A stretch of DNA of 64,000 nucleotides from Antechinus flavipes (taxonomy: Eukaryota): NCBI RefSeq assembly GCF_016432865.1, contig NC_067402.1:219542001-219606000 (forward strand), written 5' to 3'. The notes below the pieces were generated by a model. That model saw only the letters and a list, made by a program, of their open reading frames with translations, searched no databases and was not told where the DNA came from. The position numbers were made by a program, and so were the translations under genes. This document shows positions 50,200-60,427 of this stretch, piece by piece (position 1 is the stretch's first letter; every line of letters starts with the position of its first letter).

Positions 50200-50520
50200 A
50201 ATTTCATTCAATTCAGCAAATATTTTAAGTACCTACTACCATGTGTCAGGCACTAGGGATCCAATGACCTCCCTCCTCCCCAAAAAAGAAAAGTTTCTGA
50301 CTAAGGAGTTTACAGTAATTACTGAAGGGGCTAACATGTACACAGATAAATAAATACAAAGTAGATACAAAATGATACAAAGTATTTGAAAAGGAATAGA
50401 AAATGATGAATATAGCTTGGGGTTAGGAGAGAATCTGACAGTATCTTGTGTAGGAGTCACCTGAGCTTGTTTTTGAGGGATGCTTGAAGGGATTCCTAGA
50501 GTGAGGGCGTTTTGGGGGAA
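50200..50520 (-). mobile_element. L2 fragment in a CD63 intron
   Basis: ttcattcaattcagcaaatattttaagtacctactaccatgtgtcaggcac, an L2 tail in antisense. Confidence 0.6.
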
Positions 50521-50739
50521 GTGGGGATTCTTGGGGGATGGGGGAGAGTGAATGTAGGTCAGGGACTTATCTCTTCCCCTTTCTTTGAAACTCCTCCTTC
50601 TACTGCTTTTGGTTAAGAATGGGCAATCCCATTCTTTAATGGGGGAAGTAAATGGATAAATTTAAATTCCTCAACTATATATGAATGGATGTATATTTGT
50701 ATGTGTGGATACATGTACATGTGTGTAGATCTGTGCATA

Positions 50740-51160
50740 TATGTGACCCTGGGCAAGTCACTCAACTTGTTTGCTTTAATCTACTGGAGAATAAAATGGC
50801 AAACCACTCCAATATCTTTGCCAGGAAAACTTCATGACCATACCCTCTGTGGAGTCATAAAGAGTTCTGTACAACTAAACAACAATATACACACATAAGG
50901 TCCTTGTTATTGTTTGGTCATTTTTCTGTTGGGATTTTCTTGGCACAGATATTAGGGTAGTTTGCCCTTTTCTTCTCCAACTCATTTTAGATGAGGAAAC
51001 TAAGGCAAACAGGATTAAGTGACATGCCCAGGATCATACAACTAGTAAATTTTTGTGTCTTGATTTGAACTTAGGAAGATGAGTGTTTCTTGATTCCTGA
51101 TGCCAAGCCCAGTGCTTCATGTATTATGGCATCTCCTAACTGTCTTATTCTAGGGTCAGG

Positions 51161-51202
<42 letters not shown>

Positions 51203-51420
51203 GCACACATATTTTTAAGTCATGTCTAACTCTTCAAAACTCTGTGGACCATATTATCTGTGGGCTTTTCTTGCTAGAAATCCTGATGTGGTTTGCCATT
51301 TCCTTCTCTAGTTTTATGCAGGCAGGGGTTAAATAATTTGCCCAAAGTCACAAAGCTAGTAAATTTCTTAACAACAATGGTCCTTCTGACTGCAGTGCTC
51401 TTTGATACCTAGTTGTGCAC
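50740..51420. mobile_element. Cluster of RTE-tailed marsupial SINEs (WALLSI/Mar1-like), both orientations
   Basis: RTE-type 3' motif aaatggcaaaccactccaatatctttgcc on + and its reverse complement (ggtttgccatttccttctc) in the adjacent copies. Confidence 0.6.
51163..51195. repeat. (AC)n microsatellite in a CD63 intron
   Basis: Read directly from the sequence. Confidence 0.95.
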
Positions 51421-51787
51421 TTATGTGCTTACACACAATTATAGAGTACTTTTGTTAATAAAATCACTTTCCTTGAAATTTCTCATGAGTTAGGTAGAAA
51501 AAACATTATTATCTTCATTTTATAGATTAAGAAACTAAGGTACAGCAAAGTTAAGTGACATCTTCATACATATATGTACACACACACACATATGTCTTTT
51601 GTAAACATTTCCTGATCTTACCTCCCCTTTCTATTGTGTATGTTTTTGAAAAAAAGAAAAGTATCTAAGCAAAGTTGACTGAGCATTCCCATCTGATAGC
51701 ACATCCAGTCTTCAGAACCTGTAGGACGCATAGCTGTTTCATGTCTTGTTCTCTGTAAGCAAAGTTGTTCATTGAAATGGAAGTTTC

Positions 51788-51941
51788 GGGGCAGCTAGAT
51801 GGTGCAGTGGATGGAGCACCAGCCCTGAAGTCAGGAACATCTGAATTCAAATTTGACCTCACTTAACACTTCCTAGTTGTGTGACCCTTGGCAAGTCACT
51901 TAACTGCAATTGCCTCAAAAAAAAAAAAAAAAAAAAAAAAG
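51788..51941 (+). mobile_element. WSINE1-type SINE with a long A tail and TSD
   Basis: A24 tail. 14-bp TSD gaaatgga(a/g)gtttc at 51774-51787 and 51942-51955. Confidence 0.85.
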
Positions 51942-52379
51942 GAAATGGAGGTTTCTATTCCCTTGTAGTAGCTCCATTTATGTTGTTCCAGTAATGGGAT
52001 ATGCTGTTCTTTTGGCTTGGTTTTCTCTGCCCTGTAACACTTCATACAAGTCTTCTCTTATCCTCCGAGTTCCCTGTGTTTACAATTCTCATAATGAAAT
52101 AATGTTTTGTCACATCCCCATAGCACAATTTGTTTAGCTACTCCCTAGTCAGTGGGTACTCCTTCATTAGGTTTGACAATTTGGTCAAAAAGTTGGTAAG
52201 TATCAGAGCCATGTCTTGAACTCAGGGTTGTCTTAAGACCATTGACTGCTCGATTTTTTCAGGATGCTTCATTGTTTCTCTTATATAAGGAGGAGTATAA
52301 CTTGTGTTTGTGTTGATGAGGCAAGCTGGGCAGTGCTTTAGGCTTTACCCTAACCGTTCTGTTGTCTCTGTTCTTGAAG

Positions 52380-52568
52380 GCCTGCTCGGTGGGGCTGATT
52401 GCAGTGGGAGTGGCAGTCCAATTCACCATGAACCGATACATACCCATAGGGTCCACTACTGGCTCTGTGGTGCCTGTTGTCATCATAGCTGTGGGTAGTT
52501 TCCTCTTCCTTGTGGCCTTCTTGGGCTTTTGTGCTACCTGTAAGGAGAATTACTGTCTTATGACCACG
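52380..52568 (+). CDS. CD63: CD63 coding exon 2
   Basis: Acceptor ttcttgaAG and donor GTaaga. 189 nt: ACSVGLIAVGVAVQFTMNRYIPIGSTTGSVVPVVIIAVGSFLFLVAFLGFCATCKENYCLMTT. Confidence 0.95.
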
Positions 52569-52804
52569 GTAAGAAGGGGTGTCGAGGCTGAGGGATGCCT
52601 TTGGGGAGTGGGTGACAGTGGATTGGAAATAATGGGGGAGACCCAGGGGAAGAAAAGACATAGGAGTCTCTGATTACAAAGGAAGAAAGTAAAGGTAGGA
52701 AGTAAGGGATGGGGATCACTTGGGAAGATGTTTTGGACATTACCGACTTTTAACCTTTTCTGGGATTCCATTTTCTTTCTCCTTCTATTTCTTCCCTTTT
52801 TCAG

Positions 52805-52879
52805 TTTGCCATCCTTCTCTCCCTCATCGTCCTAGTAGAGATAGCTGCAGCTATTGCTGGATATATCTTCAGGGAAAAG
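52805..52879 (+). CDS. CD63: CD63 coding exon 3 (TM3)
   Basis: AG/GT flanks, 75 nt: FAILLSLIVLVEIAAAIAGYIFREK. Confidence 0.95.
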
Positions 52880-53008
52880 GTAAGTAGATGTGATGAAGGG
52901 AATAGTGTTTGACCCAGGAAGGTGGGATGTGACTATGGTTCCCATAGCTCACAGTGATCAGGTTGACAATAGGGCTTCCCTCAGTATTTCTCTTTCCCTG
53001 TCTCCCAG

Positions 53009-53104
53009 GTGAAGTCAGAGTTTGAAAAAGGCTTCCGGGAAGAAATGAAGAAATATGGGAAAAGTAATATCACATCACAGTTCTTGGATACATTGCAAAA
53101 AGAA
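53009..53104 (+). CDS. CD63: CD63 coding exon 4 (start of the large extracellular loop)
   Basis: AG/GT flanks, 96 nt: VKSEFEKGFREEMKKYGKSNITSQFLDTLQKE. Confidence 0.93.
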
Positions 53105-53394
53105 GTGAGTTAGGGGAGAGGTGATGGGAAAGAGGGATATAACCAGCAATGACTGGTGATACAAAGCCAAAAAGGCATCAATAAAAATTTTTAAATGTGA
53201 GTTTTTGGGGTAATTGTAATTCCCTAGAAATAATAGATCACTCTATTGGAATAGTTGGGGCAGGATGACCCTGAAATCACGAGTACAGTATCTACCAATC
53301 CAGTGTTTTCCAACCTTACTGCTGGGTTCTTTAGCTGGCCCATGAGCCTTAGGCCCATAATAAGGTCTTTGATCAATCTTTCTCTCCCCTCTAG

Positions 53395-53535
53395 TTTACA
53401 TGCTGTGGGGCAGCGAACTACACAGATTGGGAGCAAGTACCCGAAATGGCCAAAAACAGGGTTCCTGACTCTTGTTGCAAAAATGTCACCCAAGGCTGTG
53501 GAACTGGCTTCAAACCTATGGATCTTAATGAGGAA
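53395..53535 (+). CDS. CD63: CD63 coding exon 5 (CCG and PxSCC motifs)
   Basis: AG/GT flanks, 141 nt: FTCCGAANYTDWEQVPEMAKNRVPDSCCKNVTQGCGTGFKPMDLNEE. Confidence 0.96.
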
Positions 53536-53963
53536 GTATGTGGGGTGGGCGGTGATTAAGAGGTTAGACATAGCTAAAAGATTGGAAAGAAAAGGATTGG
53601 AGGTTAGGGGGACTGGAGGAGTTGGAAATCTCTAGGAAAGTCTTAAGAGCCTGATAATTTGGTAAAAAAGTTGATAAGTATCAGAGCCATGTCTTGAAGT
53701 CGGGGTTGTCTTAAGACCATTGCTCACTCTTGGGGCGAGCCTAGGAATGGGGGCAGGCGGGTCTGGGAGATTGGGGAAGGCCAGGGAACTGGCGATTTGG
53801 AGAAAGTAAATGTTGGGTTAATTACAGGGTTGAAGAGAGCCAAGAGGAAGGGGAGAGTAAAAATTAGAACAAACTTGGCACTGTGGGGCTTAGGGAAGCC
53901 AGCTCTGGGGACAGGATGTAAATGAGCAAGGTGAGTTGGTGAAAATCTCTTACATCTTCCCAG

Positions 53964-54047
53964 GGCTGTGTGGAGAAGATAGGAAATTGGCTGAAGCAGA
54001 AAGCTTTGGTGCTGGCGGGTGCAGCACTGGGCATCACATTTGTAGAG
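53964..54047 (+). CDS. CD63: CD63 coding exon 6
   Basis: AG/GT flanks, 84 nt: GCVEKIGNWLKQKALVLAGAALGITFVE. Confidence 0.95.
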
Positions 54048-54240
54048 GTGAGGGGGTCCTCTGGGGGCTGGGGTGGACCAGAGCCCACTGTTTCTTGGGG
54101 AATAGGGCACTAAGTATCCTGCCATTCTAGGGCCAGTCTGTCTGGGCTTGGCCTCCTTCTCCTAAAGTGTACTTTTCTGCTCATGTCAGATTCCTTGTGA
54201 CGCCTGCCCCACCCTCTTACTCATACGTCTTTTCTCCTAG

Positions 54241-54306
54241 ATTCTGGGAGTTATCTTTGCTTGCTGCCTCATGAAGAATATCAGAAGTGGTTATGAGGTG
54301 ATGTAG
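54241..54306 (+). CDS. CD63: CD63 last coding exon with the GYEVM lysosomal sorting motif
   Basis: Acceptor tttctcctAG, then ILGVIFACCLMKNIRSGYEVM-TAG. The spliced product is 238 aa. Confidence 0.97.
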   Translation: MLGVIFACCLMKNIRSGYEVM

Positions 54307-54373
54307 GGGTCTTTGGTACCCCTCATCACCTTCTCCTGGAAACAAGGGTGTGTGTGTCCTGGGTTTTTCATTT

Positions 54374-54379
54374 AATAAA
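54374..54379 (+). terminator. CD63: CD63 poly(A) signal AATAAA
   Basis: Canonical hexamer 67 nt after the stop codon. Confidence 0.75.
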
Positions 54380-55410
54380 TGGATTTTTTTTCACTCTGAA
54401 GAGAAGCAGTGTGTCAATTTGTCCTTCAGATCCCATACCTCTTGGCCTTTTTGTTCCTCAAGTCCTAGACTTGCCTCTTTGCCCACTTTCCCAAACACTC
54501 CTAGAATCATACAATTATTCAGTTTTGGGAGGAAATTTTAGAAGTATTTGAATCTAAGGTACAGTTTGGGGAAGTGACTTGTCCATGATCACACATCTGC
54601 TAAGGGTAGAGAACTCAAAACTTGGTTTATTTCCAAATGTAGCAGTTTTTTCCTTAGCTCATGGCGTCTTCCTTTTCAGCTCCCCATCTATTCCCATGAC
54701 CCTTTTCTTGTGTCCATGTCTGGAATTTTTTCTCTCTGCACACTCTCGTGCTTCATTTCCCTGCACTCCTATAGTCCTCCAGACCTTTTGCCCTCTTGGT
54801 AGCTATGGGAAAGCATTGGGAGAGGGAGGTTGCTTTGGAGAAGCCAGAAATTTAGCTAGAGGATTAGTAGGGTGAATTACGAGCAGCTGGGAATGGAAGA
54901 GATATCATGGGAGTGTAGGGCCCAGTACCAATGATGCCCAGATTCTTTCCTTTTAAGCCTGTGGCACCCTGATCAGACTATGTACCTGTGCTGAGACACT
55001 GATGAAGTGATTTGCAAAAATTCTGGGTATGCCCTTAGCATGCATTTGATGGGTGTCCAGCTTCAACTAGAGGATGGACACCAGTGGACAAAGGCTTGGG
55101 GAGATTGCCTTTTACTTGCCCAGGGAAGGGGACCCAAGAAGCAATAAAGGGTGACATCCAGTGATGCTCTTGTGAAGTGCATCCTTACTGACTCCAGAAT
55201 AAAGGCTTCCAGCCCTGGCTCTCCCCCTGGTGGCTGTTTTGTGGCAGCCTTTAAAAAAAATTGTAGAATTAGAGGGATATTTTTTAAAAAGCATCTAGGT
55301 CCTCAGAAATAAGAGTGAGGGTCGGGATGGGCCAGCTTAGCTTGAGTGGTGATCGATAGTAGTATATAGCGTTTCCATTCTGTGCCTCGGTTTCTTCCTG
55401 GCTAATGGGT

Positions 55411-55634
55411 TCAGCAGACCGACTGGGCAGGTTTAGGAAGAACAAAAGTGAGTATAGCGTCTATCAGGCTGGCAGGTAGATAGGAGGCAGGCAGCCAGAG
55501 TAACTTGGCATCCCATCCGGGGCTGTATCTTGTGCGGGGATAGCGGGCAGTCAGCGCGTGCTCCAGGCAGCCGCTCACCTTGCCCAAGTCTCCATCACAG
55601 ATCAGGTTTATGATGAGCCGTTGTGCCTTCAGGT
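55411..55634 (-). CDS. RDH5: RDH5 last coding exon
   Basis: Acceptor cctaccccAG, 224 nt: (Y)[76 protein letters not shown]. Confidence 0.95.
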
Positions 55635-55970
55635 CTGGGGTAGGAAGGGGAAATCAGACCTTCTTCCACCCAGTCTCCCCTAACCAGGGAGTATTTTTTT
55701 CACCACTATGGTTTGCTCCAGGACATTCACAGCTTCCAGGATTATTATTTTTTTTTTTTGAGGGGGGGGGAGAGACACACATTAACATTACTATCCCTGT
55801 TAGAACTGAGGGTTCTGGTTCTCCCAAGAGCCTCTCCTTTACGTTTCCTGTCCATCAGGAACCAGGACCCCCTTCAACTCTCCACTGTATTTGGATAGGG
55901 GACATTGTATCCCTTAGACAGACTTTGCCATTCAGAATGGGTTTTTGCATTTTTAGCTCTGGCTACTCAC

Positions 55971-56134
55971 ACTTGGAGAGGAAGTTTTCCCCATAGCTGG
56001 CACGGGTGGCAGGGGATAACCGGTTCCAGGAGGCCTGAAGTATCCCCTCTACACTCTCCAAGTCGGTCACTGCTGTGCGGAAGAAGCCTGGCTCCACGAT
56101 AGAGACCCGGACTCCAAAGTGGGCTATGTCCCGT
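55971..56134 (-). CDS. RDH5: RDH5 coding exon 3
   Basis: AG/GT flanks, 164 nt: [55 protein letters not shown]. Confidence 0.96.
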
Positions 56135-56633
56135 CTGGAGTATGGAATATCAGATAATTTTTCTCCCTGAATTTTTGCCCCTATGAGGGGGGCAAAAGTT
56201 ACAGGTGATGGAAAGGATGGGAGATATAATTGAAGGGTTCTCCCCCACCTAAGAGGAGGAAGCCAGGGGATGTCTGAGCTATTTGAATTCTGTGAATCCA
56301 TCACCATTAGAGATAGGGTTAGAGACCTTTGGGGCTCATTTGCCCTCTCCTAGAATGTACCTTGTTCTGGGCACTGGGCTGAGTAGGAAAAAGACACATG
56401 GTTCTTCCTGTCTGGGCACTCCTGGTATGATGGAGGAGACAGGGTCTGTGTGTAGGGCACGGGCACAGGGACAACTACAATGATCTAGGCAAGTAAATGA
56501 TGCAGCCTGGATCAGGGGGGTAAAAGGAGAATTGGAATAAGGGACTGTTGGGGTGACATGTTCAAGAGACTTGGAGCAGCCCCTTGGGATGCCTGCATCT
56601 TAGGGTACTCTGTAGAGTCCCCCTACCCCTCAC

Positions 56634-56892
56634 CGTAGGCTGTCAGAAAAGGCCTCCACACCATATTTGGAGACACAGTAGCCGCCCCCATTGGCAGCCA
56701 GACGGCCCAGGACGCTGCTGATGTTGACGATTCGGCCCCGTGACTGTTGTAGCAAAGGTAGGAGGGCGAGGGTAACTCCGATGGGACCCAGTGTGTTCAC
56801 TTCCAGCACCTTCCGGTAATCCTCCAGATTCAGCCATGGGGTAGGACCGATGATCCCAGTGATACCTGCGTTATTCACCAGCCCAAAGAGCC
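56634..56892 (-). CDS. RDH5: RDH5 coding exon 2 (SDR catalytic YxxxK)
   Basis: AG/GT flanks, 259 nt: [21 protein letters not shown]...[30 protein letters not shown]. Confidence 0.97.
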
Positions 56893-57382
56893 CTGTTGGA
56901 ATTGGTAGTGGTTGGGTAAAGAATAAAAATAGGCCCCATCGACCACCTGAGAACTGGAAGCACCTGATCCAACGAGATAAATGTTAAATGCCTGCATTTG
57001 AAGCATCAGATTACCTACTGGGGGAAACTAGAAAGTTTTATTAAGATATGGTTCCTGCCTTTAAAGGGAGTCTAGTTAGGGGTATAAAGCATAATATATA
57101 AGTGTTTATGATATATGTAAGGTATAAACAAGAGATGTGCAGTGCGTAGGACAGATGGGAAAAATGATCATGAAATAAACCAGTGGTTATTACTGAAACG
57201 GGGGAATTGGGGAAAATTTAATAGAAACGGTGGGATGAGAGTTCTGTTACTCCGAGTGAGAATCTGAGCAGATGCCCAGGCTGGAGGAGTGGAGCAGGGA
57301 GGCAGTGGTGTGTGTGGGGGGATTTGCAGGGACTGGGAATAGCCACCTTCCTGTGTCATGGGGCCTCCCTCTCCCCACTCAC

Positions 57383-57692
57383 CTCTCTCTCCCACGAGTG
57401 TCCCCACCCACTCAGCCACCTGCTGGATATTTTGGGGGTCAGTGACATCCAGGAGTGTGGTGCGGAGTCGAGGAGAAGCAGCCCGCTTCAAGTTTTCAGC
57501 CCCCGTGGGCGTCAGGCAAGCGGCCAAAACTCGGAAGCCTCGCCTGTCCAGCCGCAGCGCCAGGTGCCGGCCGAAGCCCGAGTCACAGCCGGTGATGAAC
57601 ACAAAGGCATCGCTGGGAGGGAGCACCATCCGGTCTCGGAGGAACCACAGTACTCCCCAAAGCAGGGTACCAAGAAGCAGGAGCAGCCACAT
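57383..57692 (-). CDS. RDH5: RDH5 (11-cis retinol dehydrogenase) coding exon 1
   Basis: ATG at 57692, acceptor at 57718-17 and donor GTgagt at 57382. 310 nt: [21 protein letters not shown]...[11 protein letters not shown] (NAD-binding TGxxxGxG). The four exons total 957 nt (318 aa plus stop). The RDH5 call is supported by its position between CD63 and BLOC1S1. Confidence 0.96.
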
Positions 57693-58390
57693 TGTAGGAC
57701 AGAAAGCCCAATGCCTCTGAATTGAGGATTTAATCACAAAAGTTGGTCTAGAGGGGTTGTCTCCTTGGAGTCCCTACACTTCTTTCACATTGTGGAATCC
57801 GCTTTTCTTTCCTGGATTCTCCCACCCTCTTTGGTGTGAACCTGGGCAGACCTGAGCAGTATCTCAGGTGAATTCAGAGGTGAGGAAGAGGGTAAGCAAA
57901 GAGAAAGACAGATCTACCCAGAGAGAGTTCGCTACTAGCTAGAGGCCGGCATTTATTGTGTTCCTATGTTAGAGGGACAGGGTAGAAATCTCTCCCTTAG
58001 CACCACTGTGTGACAGAAATAGGATGGGCTCTCCTCCCTCCCTCCGCAGCCCAAACAAATTCACCCATATTCTTTACATTTAACTAGGGTTTTCAGTTTG
58101 AAGGGTCAGGGCTACAATTCAGGAGACCTAAGATCTAGTCACCGCTGTTGCTATATGACTTCTGGCAAGTATTTAAACTCCCCAGCCTCAGTTCCCCTTT
58201 CTGTAAAATGCTCTAACCTTACCCTTTATGATGGCTGAAGAAAAAATGAGCTGATTTATACAGAAGCACTTTCAGAACTTAAAAGTTACATATTAACACA
58301 ATACCATTTGTTACTATTTGTACCTACTTGTCACCCAAACCCTGCTCAGTGATCCCCGACTGGAAGTACCCCCCACCTGCCCCAGCTTAC

Positions 58391-58520
58391 CTCAGGGAGC
58401 AGGTTTCACAGTACACTGCCCTAGCTTTCTCTGCTGCCGTTTCCCAGGAATTCTGATCCTCTACTCCTTGTCCTGCCTGGCTCCTGTAGGCACTGCAGTG
58501 CAAAGTCCAGAGGGGGGTGG
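58391..58520 (-). other. RDH5: Candidate RDH5 non-coding exon 1 (upstream boundary approximate)
   Basis: Good minus-strand donor GAG|GTAAGC at 58390. The first coding exon begins with an acceptor, so an upstream exon must exist. Confidence 0.45.
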
Positions 58521-59143
58521 AGACTCCAGGCGGCTGGGGCCTTAAGGACTGGGTAAACTCCAACATGATGGGCTGAACCTAATACTTGACAGGGCTAGGG
58601 TTGCCTGGACTTTTCTGAGATGTTTTCTCTACCTTCTAGCCCAAAGTTCTTTACTTACATCAGGGAGGGATGAGTGAGCTCCCATTGAGTGTGAATGAAC
58701 TTGCCCGACATGCCTCTGCCCTAGATGCTTTATCTACCCTGTTCCCCACTCTTCCCTTCCTACTGCTTAGTTCAGTGCCTTACCTACCGTCTGCCCTGGT
58801 CTGCCCCAGGTTTATGACTGCTCTGTGCCAGCTTTAGTCGGGAATAGTTGTGTGCATGGGGGTAGAAGACAACAAGAGTCTGGGGGGAGGGGGGGGCTAA
58901 GCTGATTGTCTCACTGTCCCCTGTGCTATAGGACTAGGGTCTGCTCTAAATCAGGCTGGGTGGCCAAGCAATTTCCAAGAAGGAATTAGTGAAACTTTCT
59001 CCCTTCCTTTTTGTGCTCATTAAGGTATTGGGAGCAAACTAGTTCTAGGGCCATCACCCCCCCCCCCCCCAATTCCCTAAACCACTGTGTTTGCAGCTGG
59101 CTGCCCATTCAAACACACACTACATTTGACCAGATACTCTTGC

Positions 59144-59176
59144 TTTATTGAGGATCTTGCTGACCTCCTCTTTATT
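59144..59176 (-). terminator. BLOC1S1: BLOC1S1 poly(A) signal, duplicated (AATAAA at 59144-59149 and 59171-59176)
   Basis: Two tttatt hexamers on + within an exact 27-bp tandem duplication, 120-150 nt past the stop. Confidence 0.75.
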
Positions 59177-59296
59177 GAGGATCTTGCTGACCTCCTCTCC
59201 TTCCCCTAGTTAGCTGAAAATAAGTGATACAGAAGAGATCCCAGAACTCAGTGATTGAGCTGCTAATTGAGTAGATGCTGAGAAGCAAGGAAGAAG

Positions 59297-59407
59297 CTAG
59301 GAGGGGGCAGGCTGCAGCTGCCCCTTGTAGACATATTCCAGAGCTGTGGCAATTGTCCTCATGTCCAGTTCAATGCTCCGAGCCCAATTCTCTACATCCC
59401 CGATTTC
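59297..59407 (-). CDS. BLOC1S1: BLOC1S1 exon 4
   Basis: Acceptor ctcctcttcAG, then EIGDVENWARSIELDMRTIATALEYVYKGQLQPAPS-TAG. Confidence 0.97.
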   Translation of the reverse strand, partial: EIGDVENWARSIELDMRTIATALEYVYKGQLQPAPS

Positions 59408-59581
59408 CTGAAGAGGAGACAGAGAAAAAAGAGAGAGAAGAGTTAGGAAGTACAACAAAATCCTAGAATCTTCCCATCATCCCCCTTTTAAGAAAAGACT
59501 CCATTGCCCTCCCGCTTCTGACCAAACTGATGGCTCTTCTACTCTGCTCTGCATAACGAATAGCCTTTGTAACTTTGAAAC

Positions 59582-59913
59582 CAGGGGTTCTTAAGCCTGT
59601 TTGTACCTTTGGAAAGCTGGTGAAATCTAGGGACCCTTCTCTAGAAAAGTGTTTCTAACTACACAAAGTAAAATACACAGAATCACAAAGGACACCAATT
59701 ATATTAAAACTTTGCTGTTGTTAAGAATTAAAAATATTGTGTGACTCTCTCTTTCCCTAAAGGGGTTTTTCTTGGCAAAGATAATGTTGTGGTTTGTCAT
59801 TTCCTTCTCTAGCTCATTTTACAGATAAATATATTAAACTATAGCTACCAAAATATCAAAATAAAGTTATTAAAAAAACCAAAGATGTTCACAGATCCCA
59901 GGTTAAAAATCTG
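59582..59913. mobile_element. hAT/Charlie-type MITE with an inserted SINE fragment, in BLOC1S1 intron 3
   Basis: caggggttcttaa start and ggttaaaaatctg end. The interior is the reverse complement of the 43850 family, with an RTE-SINE piece at about 59760-59830. Confidence 0.55.
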
Positions 59914-60294
59914 GGCTCTAAATTAAACTAAGTAAGCTCCAAAGCTTACTTAGTTTCATTTTTAGATACTGAGTGAGGAGACTTAGCTACTTGCTAATCA
60001 TTATATAATTAGCTGAGTGATTTTGCCTTTATTTACCTGTTTCAGTTTTATCATTTATAAAATGAGCCAACAACCACCCTGCCTGTGTCACACAGTGATG
60101 TGAAAGCACTTTGAAAAGTTAAAAGCTCCAGACAAATGTAATGTCTTGCTACTTAGCCAGCCCAGAGGGCTCTGGTTTGGCTTCTTCTAGCTCCCCACCC
60201 CCATTCCTGAAGCCTGAAAGTCCCCCTCGGGACCAGTGAGAAATGTAACAGAAGGGACCACAAAAGGAGTGGGGAGAAGCCTGCTAGGACCTAC

Positions 60295-60427
60295 CTTGAG
60301 TGCCTGGTTGAAGTTTTCCACCATCCCAATCCACTGGCCTGTCTGCTTGGCAAACTGTGCAGCCTGGACCTGAAGAGTTTTTACCTCATGGTCCAGCTTC
60401 CTCTGATTGACATAAGCCTGGGCCACA
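60295..60427 (-). CDS. BLOC1S1: BLOC1S1 exon 3
   Basis: AG/GT flanks, 133 nt: VAQAYVNQRKLDHEVKTLQVQAAQFAKQTGQWIGMVENFNQALK. Confidence 0.97.

Noticed and set aside
57168-57737. 189-aa ORF suggesting an N-terminally extended RDH5
   Set aside because: The upstream ATG at 57737 lies in the intron before the 57718-17 acceptor, and the C-terminal part is read-through past the 57382 donor.
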